From assembly GCA_026985555.1 (NCBI GenBank), contig JALSQF010000003.1:1-60604 (forward strand): a stretch of DNA of 60,604 bases. The letters are read 5' to 3'. The translations under genes and the position numbers were made by a program. Positions 48,198 to 56,898 of this stretch are shown piece after piece. A model generated the notes under the pieces. It made no database searches. It was given only the letters and a program-made list of their open reading frames with translations, and was not told where the DNA came from. Each line of letters opens with the position of its first letter. Positions within the stretch are counted from its first letter, which is position 1. Source of the DNA: Candidatus Moraniibacteriota bacterium. Lineage in GTDB: Bacteria > Patescibacteriota > Minisyncoccia > Moranbacterales > UBA9337.

Positions 48198-48247
48198 ACT
48201 ATAGATAATAAAAAGTATTACTATATCTTTATAATAGTAAAACTATA
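48198..48247 (+). promoter_or_regulatory. Tandem operator candidates for the XRE regulator
   Basis: ACTATA at 48198, 48220 and 48242 (22-bp period); ACTAT-N9-AAAGT followed by ACTAT-N9-ATAGT. Confidence 0.55.
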
Positions 48248-48252
48248 CGACA

Positions 48253-48462
48253 ATGTCAAAGCAAAAATCTACAATTGGGGATAATATAAAGAAATACCGA
48301 AACAAGCTTGGTATTTCTCAAGATGTGCTTTCAAAAAGAGCCAATCTTGCCTTTCATACTATCGCAAAGATTGAGGCGGGTTCAACGCCCGATCCCCGCA
48401 TTGAAACCGTTAAAAAGATTGCGGACGCTTTAGGTGTTGCGCTTGATGATTTAATGAAATAA
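48253..48462 (+). CDS. XRE/Cro-C1 helix-turn-helix regulator (controller-protein-like)
   Basis: IGDNIKKYRNKLGISQDVLS...TIAKIEAG...PRIETVKKIADALGV. Confidence 0.92.
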   Translation: MSKQKSTIGDNIKKYRNKLGISQDVLSKRANLAFHTIAKIEAGSTPDPRIETVKKIADALGVALDDLMK

Positions 48463-48464
48463 AT

Positions 48465-49559
48465 ATGCCAAACAAAAATCTTACAAACGCAAAAAAAGTA
48501 AAAAATGACGAGTTTTATACTCAATATCAAGACATTCAAAAAGAAGTTGAGGCATATTTAGAATATAACCCAGATACATTTCGTGATCAGACAGTGTATG
48601 CCAACTGCGATGATCCGTATGAAAGTAATTTCTTTCGCTATTTTGTGCTCAATTTTAATAAACTTGGATTAAAAAAACTAATTACCACCAGTTATAAACC
48701 TTCCCCTATAGCCAATACACAACTGACATTATTTGGGGACAATAAAACCTCTAAACAAACAAAAGGCCGTCCTAAAGTAACTGCTAATAAATTTATCATT
48801 ACTGAAGTAGGAGATTTTAATAAAGATGGAGAATTTGATTTACACGATATAGCTGAGCAACTAAAAGCAAATAAAAATAATGAATGGGCACCACTCAAAG
48901 AGAATGGCGATTTTAGAAGTGATGAATGTGTAGAGCTTTTGAAACAATCCGATATTGTGGTTACCAATCCGCCATTTTCTCTTTTTCGCGAATATGTTAA
49001 ACAACTTTTTGATTACAACAAAAATTTTTTGATAATCGGCAGTATGAACGCGATTACCTATAAAGAAATATTTCCTTTAATTAAAGATAATAAAATGTGG
49101 TTGGGAAACGGGTTTAGTGGAGGAAACGCATATTTTTATACGCCAAATGTCCGAGAGTTTGCTTCTGGAGTATACGACCCCAAAACAGGTTTAGTGAAAT
49201 TCCGCAATGTGCATTGGTTTACTAACCTTGACCATGGCCGACGCCACCAGCCATTGTCACTGATGACCATGGCGGACAACCTTAAATTTAATAAAAAAAT
49301 TCAAAAGAATCCTAACAGTTATAAAAAATATGATAACTACGATGCGATTGAAGTGCCTTATACAGAAGCAATCCCAAGCGACTATGATGGAGTAATGGGT
49401 GTGCCGATTAGTTTTTTAGATAAATATAATCCGGATCAGTTTGAGATTTTAGGACTCGATGACCACAGACTACAACCTCCGCATTGGAGGGGAAGAGGAC
49501 CGGCAATAAATGGTAAGTGTGTATATAGAAGAGTAATTATAAAACATAAGAAAAAATAA
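48465..49559 (+). CDS. EcoRI-family N6-adenine DNA methyltransferase
   Basis: KNDEFYTQY.DI..E, VYANCDDP..SNF..YF, GDFRS.EC, VVTNPPFSLFREY, YDNYDAIEV, G.MGVPISFLDKYNP.QFEI. Confidence 0.92.
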   Translation: MPNKNLTNAKKVKNDEFYTQYQDIQKEVEAYLEYNPDTFRDQTVYANCDDPYESNFFRYFVLNFNKLGLKKLITTSYKPSPIANTQLTLFGDNKTSKQTKGRPKVTANKFIITEVGDFNKDGEFDLHDIAEQLKANKNNEWAPLKENGDFRSDECVELLKQSDIVVTNPPFSLFREYVKQLFDYNKNFLIIGSMNAITYKEIFPLIKDNKMWLGNGFSGGNAYFYTPNVREFASGVYDPKTGLVKFRNVHWFTNLDHGRRHQPLSLMTMADNLKFNKKIQKNPNSYKKYDNYDAIEVPYTEAIPSDYDGVMGVPISFLDKYNPDQFEILGLDDHRLQPPHWRGRGPAINGKCVYRRVIIKHKKK

Positions 49560-49593
49560 AAGGTTAGAGAAATTAATTTCTTGGAAATAAATT

Positions 49594-50502
49594 ATGCAAG
49601 ATACTATTTTCACAATAGAGCTTCCTCTTATTGAAACAAACGAGGAGTTGGAAAAGGTAAAAAAACTATATCCGAAATATGATCCATATTTTATTACTAG
49701 TGGTTGTTTTAAAGAAAGACGCGAAAAATTTAATAAACTGTGGGGAAAATACAAATCTTATGCAGATAGGCATTTTTTAAATCAAATCCGAACCAATTTT
49801 CATCAAAGAACATGGGAAATGTATGTCGGTAATGTGCTTTTAAAAAAGAACTTGATAATACAATCAGAAAATGAAGGGCCGGATTTTGTGATTGATAAAA
49901 CTGCTTATATTGAGTGCGTTGCGCCGACAAAGGGCGATCCAAATAAACCCGATTCAGTTCCAGAAATGTTTATTGCCACAACGCCAGAAGAAATCCGTGT
50001 CCAAGATGTGCCAGTTGATAAAATGATTTTGAGGATTACGCAAGCCATAAAAGATAAAGCATTGAATCAATATAAAAATTGGAAAAATAAAGAATGGTTT
50101 AATCCAAAAATGCCGTTTATTATTGCTATAAATACTGGCGACTTGTCACATGCTGAAGATCCAAGTATGCCAAATGTATTGAAAGCATTGTTCGGTTTTC
50201 AATTTATGCAGATCAATATTAAAACAGGCGAAACCAATTTTTCATACAGAAATAAAGTTAAGAAAACAAATAACGAATCCGTATCGGTAAATTATTTTAC
50301 CAATGAAAATCTTAGTTTTGTAAGTGGAGTTTTATTTTCAAATAAAACAGTTTTAAATCATCCTAAAAATATAGGTGAGGATTGTATTTTTGTTAATAAT
50401 CCATTTGCCAAAAATCCAGTTAAGAAATCATTTGTTAAACTATTCAAAAACTGGACGGCAAGCAAAGAAAATAACAAAATAAGCTTAAAGAAGAATTATT
50501 AA
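49594..50502 (+). CDS. Putative PD-(D/E)XK-fold nuclease (uncharacterised)
   Basis: WEMYVG...EGPDF...AYIEC pattern; later KALNQY and FIIAIN; no start-to-end family recognised. Confidence 0.55.
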   Translation: MQDTIFTIELPLIETNEELEKVKKLYPKYDPYFITSGCFKERREKFNKLWGKYKSYADRHFLNQIRTNFHQRTWEMYVGNVLLKKNLIIQSENEGPDFVIDKTAYIECVAPTKGDPNKPDSVPEMFIATTPEEIRVQDVPVDKMILRITQAIKDKALNQYKNWKNKEWFNPKMPFIIAINTGDLSHAEDPSMPNVLKALFGFQFMQINIKTGETNFSYRNKVKKTNNESVSVNYFTNENLSFVSGVLFSNKTVLNHPKNIGEDCIFVNNPFAKNPVKKSFVKLFKNWTASKENNKISLKKNY

Positions 50503-50534
50503 TAACTACATAATATTTGATTAAGTAAAATAAT

Positions 50535-51704
50535 ATGAAGACAACTTTAAAAACCAACATTACTGTTAAAGATATTTGTGCAGGATTTGTTTATAGCGAA
50601 CTTGAAGGCAAGGGTTTATTTGGTTTATCCGGCAAACTCACCATCCAACCGGAATATCAGCGTAACTACATTTATGCGTCTGATGGGGGTAAAAGAGAGC
50701 AAGCCGTTATTGAATCAGTTTTAAATGGCTATCCGCTGGGGCTTATTTATTTTAACAAAGTAGGCAAAGATCAATTTGAAGTTTTGGACGGGCAACAGCG
50801 TATTACCAGTTTGGGGCGATTTGTGACTGATAAATTTGCAATTAAAGATGAAAATGGCAATGAACAATACTTTTCCGGTATGGCGCAAGACAAGCAGAAA
50901 AAGATTTTAGAAACAACGCTTTTGATTTACGAATGCGAAGGCACGGAAAGTGAAATAAAAGAATGGTTTAAAACCATTAATATTGTCGGTGTTCCGCTGA
51001 ACGAGCAGGAGTTGCTTAACGCTGTTTACTCTGGGCCGTTTGTTACCAAAGGAAAAGAGTGGTTTAGCAATAGTCAAAATGCCAATATTCAAAAATGGAG
51101 CGCCTACATAAAAGGGAGTGTCAATCGCCAGGATTTTTGGCACACAGCGCTTGATTGGGTAAGCAAAGGAAAAATAGGTGAATATATGAGCGCGCATAGG
51201 TATGATAACAATATTGACGAAGTAAAAAATTATTTTGACACGGTGATTGATTGGGCTTCTGCCATCTTTGAAGATGTGGAAAGCGAAATGCGCGGGTTGG
51301 AATGGGGCCGGTTATACGAAACATATCACAAAAACTCTTATGACCCCAAAAAAGTTTCGGCCGAAATGCACAGACTTTATGCTGATCCGTATGTAAAAAA
51401 CCGCCGAGGTATTTTTGAGTATATATTAGGCGGTTCTCGCGATACAAGATTGCTTGATGTTCGTGTTTTTGATGAAGCAACCAAAAGAGCTGTTTATGCC
51501 AAACAAACAGACGAAGCCAAAAAGAAAAAAATATCAAATTGTCCGCTGTGTGCTATTAGTCATGACGCCAACAAGAGTAAAATCTGGCAATTCAACGAAA
51601 TGGACGCCGATCATGTATCGGCATGGAGCAAGGGAGGCGCGACTTCGGCAAAGAATTGCCAGATGTTGTGCAAGACTCATAATCGCGCAAAAGGTAATCG
51701 GTAA
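50535..51704 (+). CDS. DUF262 (ParB/Srx-like NTPase) plus HNH endonuclease, GmrSD/SspE-related
   Basis: [32 protein letters not shown]; C-terminal CPLC...DADH...WSKGG.T...NCQMLC..HN..KG. Confidence 0.92.
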   Translation: MKTTLKTNITVKDICAGFVYSELEGKGLFGLSGKLTIQPEYQRNYIYASDGGKREQAVIESVLNGYPLGLIYFNKVGKDQFEVLDGQQRITSLGRFVTDKFAIKDENGNEQYFSGMAQDKQKKILETTLLIYECEGTESEIKEWFKTINIVGVPLNEQELLNAVYSGPFVTKGKEWFSNSQNANIQKWSAYIKGSVNRQDFWHTALDWVSKGKIGEYMSAHRYDNNIDEVKNYFDTVIDWASAIFEDVESEMRGLEWGRLYETYHKNSYDPKKVSAEMHRLYADPYVKNRRGIFEYILGGSRDTRLLDVRVFDEATKRAVYAKQTDEAKKKKISNCPLCAISHDANKSKIWQFNEMDADHVSAWSKGGATSAKNCQMLCKTHNRAKGNR

Positions 51705-52043
51705 ATAAAAAAACCAGTAGAAACGCTTCCAAATATTTATGGTGTACCATCTAAAGGTTGGCAGAAACATTTTTATCCTAATAATCGTTTTACTCTATCA
51801 CTGAAAGATATTGTAAAGTTAGACAAGGATCGTCTTAATAAGCACCCAAAAATCCAATCTATTAAAAATAATTTTCCTTATCAAACTATGTTAACGGGTA
51901 TAATTTCTGATAATAAAATTATTTTGGTAGAAGGTATGCATCGTTCCCTGGCTATTCTTTTAATGAAACCTAAAAAGGTAAATAGTAATATAGTTATTGC
52001 TTTAACAAAAATAGAAGATGATTTTCAAAAACCATTAGGGTAA
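51705..52043 (+). pseudogene. Start-less gene remnant (112 codons) with a ParB/Srx-like ILVEGMHR motif
   Basis: Open frame IKKPVETLPNIYG...IILVEGMHRSLAI...FQKPLG* begins right after the DUF262-HNH stop, in the same frame; AT-rich host-like composition; absent from the ORF track. Confidence 0.65.
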
Positions 52044-52086
52044 AATAATTTAAAAAACTTCAATTTAACTTTATAATTTAAATGTT

Positions 52087-53034
52087 ATGCAAAAAATTTT
52101 AATAATAGGATCTCAAGGAACACTAGGTCAGGAATTGGTAGATATTTTTCAAAAAGATAAAAAATATAAAGTTATTGGTTGGGATAAAACAGATATTGAT
52201 ATAACTAGAGAAAAAGAAGTTCAAAAAAAAGTTTTAAAATTAAAACCGAAAATAATTTTAAATGCGGCTGCATATAATGCAGTAGATAAGTGCGAAAAAA
52301 ATAAAAATGAATTTAGATTGGCAGAGAAAGTTAATGGTTTAGCGCCTGGGTATTTAGCCGAAGTAGCTAAAAAAATAAATGCAATTTTTGTGCATTATTC
52401 TAGTGATTATGTTTTTGGAAAGGAATTGCCTCAAGTTTCAGAGCCGACAGGATGCACAGGAATGTGTGCTACTTGTGAATTGCATAGTGATTTTAATTTA
52501 GATTTAGGATTTGATGAAAAAGCTTTACCAAATCCTCTTAATAAATATGGAAAAACTAAACTAAAAGGAGAAAAGGAAGTTCAAAAAAAAGGAAAAAAAT
52601 ATTATATTATTCGTCTTTCTCGGTTATTTGGAAATTCAGCTATATCAAAAAAATCTAAAAAAAGCTTTTTTGATATAATGTTGGAAATGAGTAAAAAAAA
52701 TAATGAAATAAAAGTGGTAGATGAAGAAATTTCTTGTTTTACTTATGCTCCTGATTTAGCTCAAAAAACAAAAGAAATTATTGAAACTAAAAAAGAGTTT
52801 GGTATTTATCATATTGTTAATCAAGGAGCAGTAACTTGGTTTGAAGCTGCAGAAGAGCTGTTTTTAATAGCAGGTTCAGACAAAAAAATCAAAGCAGTTG
52901 ATGCAGATGAGTTTTTTCGTCTAGCTAAACGTCCGTATATTTCTACTTTATTAAACACTAAATTAGAGCCTTTAAGAAATTATCAAGATGCCTTGAAAGA
53001 GTATTTAGAAAAAACAGGTGTTTTAAAGAATTAA
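52087..53034 (+). CDS. rfbD: dTDP-4-dehydrorhamnose reductase (RmlD-like SDR) with a Cys-rich insert
   Basis: IIGSQGTLG, NAAAYNAVD..E, VHYSSDYVF, YGKTKL.GE, RLSRLFG, G.YH..N.G..TWFE.A, A.RP..S.L. Confidence 0.88.
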   Translation: MQKILIIGSQGTLGQELVDIFQKDKKYKVIGWDKTDIDITREKEVQKKVLKLKPKIILNAAAYNAVDKCEKNKNEFRLAEKVNGLAPGYLAEVAKKINAIFVHYSSDYVFGKELPQVSEPTGCTGMCATCELHSDFNLDLGFDEKALPNPLNKYGKTKLKGEKEVQKKGKKYYIIRLSRLFGNSAISKKSKKSFFDIMLEMSKKNNEIKVVDEEISCFTYAPDLAQKTKEIIETKKEFGIYHIVNQGAVTWFEAAEELFLIAGSDKKIKAVDADEFFRLAKRPYISTLLNTKLEPLRNYQDALKEYLEKTGVLKN

Positions 53035-53126
53035 AACTCTTAAAATCAAGTTTTAGAATACCAGAAAATAATTTAGGAATATGAAAAATTAGAAAATTAA
53101 TTTATATATTTTGTCTGTTTAAAGAT

Positions 53127-53155
53127 TTGACTTTTTATCAAAATTTGTTTATTAT
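53127..53155 (+). promoter_or_regulatory. Sigma70 promoter of greA-lysS
   Basis: TTGACT, 17 nt, TATTAT. Confidence 0.65.
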
Positions 53156-53227
53156 TTGGCTATCTTTTTAATATATTAAAAACGATTTTAATATATTAAA
53201 AGTAATTAAATCGTAAAAACAAATAAG

Positions 53228-53683
53228 ATGACAAAATTAATTACACAAGAGGGACTTAATAAGATTAAAAAAGAATTAGAAGAACGTAAAACCAAAATTC
53301 GTCAAGAGATTGCCGCCGCTATAAAGGAGGCTAAAGAACAAGGCGACCTAAGTGAAAATGCAGAGTATAGTGAAGCTAAAAGACAGCAAGGAGAGAATGA
53401 ATCTAGAATAAATCAGCTAGAATCAATGATAAAAAATTCTCAAGTTGTTTATAAATCTGATAGTAATGAACGAGTAGAAATAGGATCTAGTGTTAAAGTT
53501 AAATTTAATGGATCTGAATTAAGTTTTACTATTGTAGGATCTAATGAATCAAATCCTCAAGAACGAAAAATATCTAACGAATCTCCCATTGGAAAAGCTT
53601 TATTAGGAAAAAGAGTAAAAGATAGAGTAGCCATAAAAACTCCTAGTGGAGAAGTAGTTTATACTATTCTTGAAATAAAATAA
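53228..53683 (+). CDS. greA: Transcription elongation factor GreA
   Basis: ITQEG...IKKEL, A.EQGDLSENAEY..AK..Q, ISNESPIGKALLG. Confidence 0.97.
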   Translation: MTKLITQEGLNKIKKELEERKTKIRQEIAAAIKEAKEQGDLSENAEYSEAKRQQGENESRINQLESMIKNSQVVYKSDSNERVEIGSSVKVKFNGSELSFTIVGSNESNPQERKISNESPIGKALLGKRVKDRVAIKTPSGEVVYTILEIK

Positions 53684-53716
53684 TTTTTAGTTTTTTTATA
53701 TTTTTTAATTATTTCT

Positions 53717-55171
53717 ATGCGTTCTGACATATTAGAAACAAAATTAACTAAACTGAATAATCTCAAAAAAAATGGATTAGATCCTTATCCTAGTCAGGTA
53801 AAGAAAGATTTTTCTAATCAGAAAATTAAAGAAGATTTTGATAAGATTGGAGAAAGAGAAATATATTTAGCGGGAAGAGTGCGTTCCTTGCGTCCCATGG
53901 GAAGATCTACTTTTTGTCATATAGAAGATGAAAGTGGAAAAATTCAATTATTTTTAAACAAAAATAATATAAAAGCTGATAGGTATAAATTGTTTGTAAA
54001 AAACATTGAAATAGGTGATTTTATTCAAGTAAAGGGAATACTGTTTAAAACTAAAACAGGTGAAATTACTTTAAGAGTTACAGACTGGAAAATATTAAGT
54101 AAAAATATACGTCCTATTCCAACTGAATATTATGGTTTAAAGGATAAAGAACAAATTTTACGTCATCGTTATTTAGATTTACTTTTAAATAAGGAAACTA
54201 AAGAACTTTTTTACAAAAAAAATATTTTTTGGCAAACTATCCGTGAGTTTTTATTTCAGAAAAATTTTTTAGAAGTGCAAACTCCAGTGATGGAACATAT
54301 TCCTGGAGGAGCAGAAGCAGAACCATTTATTACTCACCATAATGCTTTAAATCAAGATTTTTATTTAAGAATTTCTTTAGAGCTAGCTTTAAAAAGATTG
54401 TTAGTAGGTGGTTATGAAAAAGTTTTTGAAATTGGTAAAGTTTTTCGCAATGAGGGAATAGATAGGGAGCACTTGCAGGAGTTTGATCATATGGAGTTTT
54501 ATTGGGCTTATGCTGATTTAGAAATGGGAAAAGAATTAGTTCAAAAGTTATTTTATGCGGTTGTAAGCGCAGTTACTGATGGAAAGTTAGTTACTCAATG
54601 TGGAAAAGAAGAAATTAATTGGAAAAAAAAGTGGAAAGAAATAGATTATTTTGAAATTTTTCAAAAGGAAGTAGGTATAGATTTAAATCAAGATAATTTA
54701 AAAATAAAAGATTTTCAGGATAAAGCTCAAGAATTAAAGATAGATTATAAGAAAGAATATGGACAAGGAAGAATGATAGATCTTTTATATAAAAAAGTTA
54801 TTAGACCTCAGTTAATTCAACCAGTATTGTTAACAGGACATCCTTTAATAATTTCTCCTCTAGCGAAAAAAGATCCTCAAAACCCAAAAAAAGTTTTACG
54901 TTTTCAGCCCATTGCTTGTGGAAGTGAACTAGGTAATGCTTTTTCTGAACTTAATGATCCTTTAGAACAACGTAAACGTTTTGAAGAGCAAATGAAATTA
55001 AGAGAAAAAGGAGATAAGGAAGCGCAAATGATAGATAATGATTTTTTAGAAGCTTTAGAGTATGGAATGCCTCCTGCTTTTGGTTTTGGAATGAGTGAGC
55101 GTTTTTTTTCTATTTTAATGAATAAATCAATTAGGGAAACTACAATTTTTCCTGCTATAAAAAGAAAATAG
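53717..55171 (+). CDS. lysS: Lysine--tRNA ligase (class II)
   Basis: OB-fold N-terminus, RHRYLDL, EVQTPVM, GGAEAEPF.THHN, FRNEGIDREHLQEF, ELGNAFSELNDP, YGMPP..GFG. Confidence 0.97.
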   Translation: MRSDILETKLTKLNNLKKNGLDPYPSQVKKDFSNQKIKEDFDKIGEREIYLAGRVRSLRPMGRSTFCHIEDESGKIQLFLNKNNIKADRYKLFVKNIEIGDFIQVKGILFKTKTGEITLRVTDWKILSKNIRPIPTEYYGLKDKEQILRHRYLDLLLNKETKELFYKKNIFWQTIREFLFQKNFLEVQTPVMEHIPGGAEAEPFITHHNALNQDFYLRISLELALKRLLVGGYEKVFEIGKVFRNEGIDREHLQEFDHMEFYWAYADLEMGKELVQKLFYAVVSAVTDGKLVTQCGKEEINWKKKWKEIDYFEIFQKEVGIDLNQDNLKIKDFQDKAQELKIDYKKEYGQGRMIDLLYKKVIRPQLIQPVLLTGHPLIISPLAKKDPQNPKKVLRFQPIACGSELGNAFSELNDPLEQRKRFEEQMKLREKGDKEAQMIDNDFLEALEYGMPPAFGFGMSERFFSILMNKSIRETTIFPAIKRK

Positions 55172-55371
55172 TTAGAAAATTAACAATTTTTATTTCTAAT
55201 CTTTTGTTTTTTTAAATTTTTTACAATCCTATATTAAAATTTAAAATATATTTTTTGATTTAAAGTTTTTATTGATACTTTTTATTGCCTAATATAAATT
55301 AATGTATTAATTAAAAATAAGTATTAATTAAAATTAAACAAGCTCTTTAAAAAAGAAAAAAGGAGGATGAG

Positions 55372-56079
55372 ATGGAAAAATATCAAAAATTAGAGAAATA
55401 TACAGTTGAGAAATTTTATATAGAGCTTTTTATCCCCTTCACCATTACATAGGGAAAGGAACAAATATATTTGATTTAAAGGATATCTGTGAGCATTTAA
55501 CAGAAAATGCTCAAGATAATTTTTGTAAAGGAATGGAAAAAATTTTATGGCAGTATCCTTTAGACAGGAAATTATTGGTAAATATATTACATTTAGCAGA
55601 GATGATTGGTAACGACAAAATATTATCTGCTATAAATAATTGGGTAGATAAAAAATATTTGTTGTATTTGTCGCCTCCAATTTATCCAACATCTTTGGAT
55701 TCTGCAGAAAAAGAGCGAAAGGAATTTTTTATTTTAGTTTTAACTGTAGTGTCAGCGCTTTCTCCTGCTAAGGGAGTAGTTAAAACCTTAAGAAAACTTA
55801 TAGGGATAGAAGATTTATTTTCGTCATCTTTTATAGGGGGTTGTTCTTTATGGGTTTTGTAAAACAGAACCCGAAGAATTAATTTCGTACCTAAGAATGT
55901 TGGGGAGATATATTGATGACTTGTATTATAATGGAGAAATAGATAAGCTCAGTGAGCTTAATAATATAATAAGTTATCATGTATCCCAAAAAATAATATT
56001 AAAGACCATGAAGCAGTTATCTTTATCACAGGAAGAGGCTGTTATTGTGGTAATATTTGGAAATAATATTAATATTTAA
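55372..56079 (+). pseudogene. Orphan gene (about 235 aa) interrupted by two compensating frameshifts
   Basis: AGGAGG SD at 55361-66 and ATG at 55372. Adding one T in T5 (55427-31) joins ORF 55533; removing one G in G5 (55836-40) joins ORF 55897. Confidence 0.6.
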
Positions 56080-56081
56080 AA

Positions 56082-56121
56082 ATATTAAAAGGCTAATGTT
56101 GAATCATTAGCCTTTTAATAT
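56082..56121 (+). terminator. Intrinsic terminator-like hairpin
   Basis: atattaaaaggctaatg-ttgaat-cattagccttttaatat, 17-bp stem. Confidence 0.75.
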
Positions 56122-56181
56122 GGATATTTTCAAAAAACTATGTTATAATTATTAAGTTAATAATTAATTAAAATAAAAACT

Positions 56182-56769
56182 ATGGAAAAAACAATTAAAA
56201 ACTTAACTCAGGCTTTTATAGGAGAATCACAAGCTCGTAATCGTTACACAATTTATTCTAAAATTGCTAAAAAGGAAGGATATGAACAAATAGCGTCTAT
56301 TTTTAGTGAAACAGCGGAACAAGAAAGAGAACATGCTAAATGGCTCTTTAGAATGATTAATGATTTAAAAAAACGTTTAGGAGAAGAAGAGTATAATGTA
56401 ATAAAAGTAGAAGCAGAAGCGCCAACCACATTAGGAAACACACAAGATAATTTACAAGCAGCTATTGAGGGAGAAAACTATGAGCAAACAAATATGTATC
56501 CAGAGTTTGCTCAAATTGCTAGAGAAGAAGGTTTAGAAGAAGTAGCGCAACGTTTAGAAGCTATTGCTAAAGCAGAAGCTCACCATGAAGAACGTTATCA
56601 AAAATTACTAGAGGAATTAAAAAAAGAAAGTATTTTTCAAAAAGAGGAAGAAGTAACCTGGGTTTGTCGTAAATGTGGTTATGTGCATAAAGGGAAAACT
56701 CCACCAGAACAATGTCCTTCTTGTGGACATCCTCAAGCTTATTTTCAAGTTCAAGCAGAAAATTATTAG
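56182..56769 (+). CDS. rbr: Rubrerythrin
   Basis: AF.GESQARNRY, E.E.EHA, AI.GENYE...MYP.FA..A.EEG, E.HHE.RY, CRKCGY...CPSCGHP. Confidence 0.96.
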   Translation: MEKTIKNLTQAFIGESQARNRYTIYSKIAKKEGYEQIASIFSETAEQEREHAKWLFRMINDLKKRLGEEEYNVIKVEAEAPTTLGNTQDNLQAAIEGENYEQTNMYPEFAQIAREEGLEEVAQRLEAIAKAEAHHEERYQKLLEELKKESIFQKEEEVTWVCRKCGYVHKGKTPPEQCPSCGHPQAYFQVQAENY

Positions 56770-56794
56770 TTTTTTTAGAAAAAATTTATTTGTT

Positions 56795-56820
56795 AAAAAG
56801 CGGAGTAAAATCCGCTTTTT
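56795..56820 (+). terminator. Intrinsic terminator after rbr
   Basis: aaaaagcgga-gtaaaa-tccgcttttt. Confidence 0.8.
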
Positions 56821-56898
56821 ATTTTTCAAATTTGCTTGTTATTTAATTTTAGGTTAGGATAAATAATGTTATTTTATTTTTAAATTTAAAATAAATAA

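Larger units (their letters stand above)
48253..51704 (+). mobile_element. tRNA-Pro-adjacent defence island (no integrase or attR seen)
   Basis: Directly downstream of a tRNA. Visibly more G/C-ending codons (aac, gac, acc, gcc, ggc) than the flanks. Contains HTH, MTase and two nuclease-like genes; the right edge abuts a start-less gene remnant. Confidence 0.65.

Noticed and set aside
47822-52086. Integrase and attL/attR direct repeat for the tRNA-Pro island
   Set aside because: No recombinase ORF, and no second direct copy of the tRNA 3' end was found downstream. The island call rests on position, content and composition only.
52453-52485. Radical SAM enzyme suggested by CX3CX2C in rfbD
   Set aside because: The motif sits in a short loop of a Rossmann-fold SDR, with no radical SAM barrel motifs.
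55368-55532. TGA read-through as the explanation for the split orphan gene
   Set aside because: The frame upstream of ORF 55533 has TGA at 55407 and 55368 and no start codon. The SD-supported ATG is in a different frame, so a frameshift is required.
1212-56857. Numerous 60-150 aa ORFs antisense or out of frame to long genes (e.g. 1212-1403, 33689-34318, 44376-44834, 45477-45830, 49470-49942, 50907-51770)
   Set aside because: They are shadow ORFs of well-supported genes, with F/L/I/S-rich composition and no recognisable motifs.
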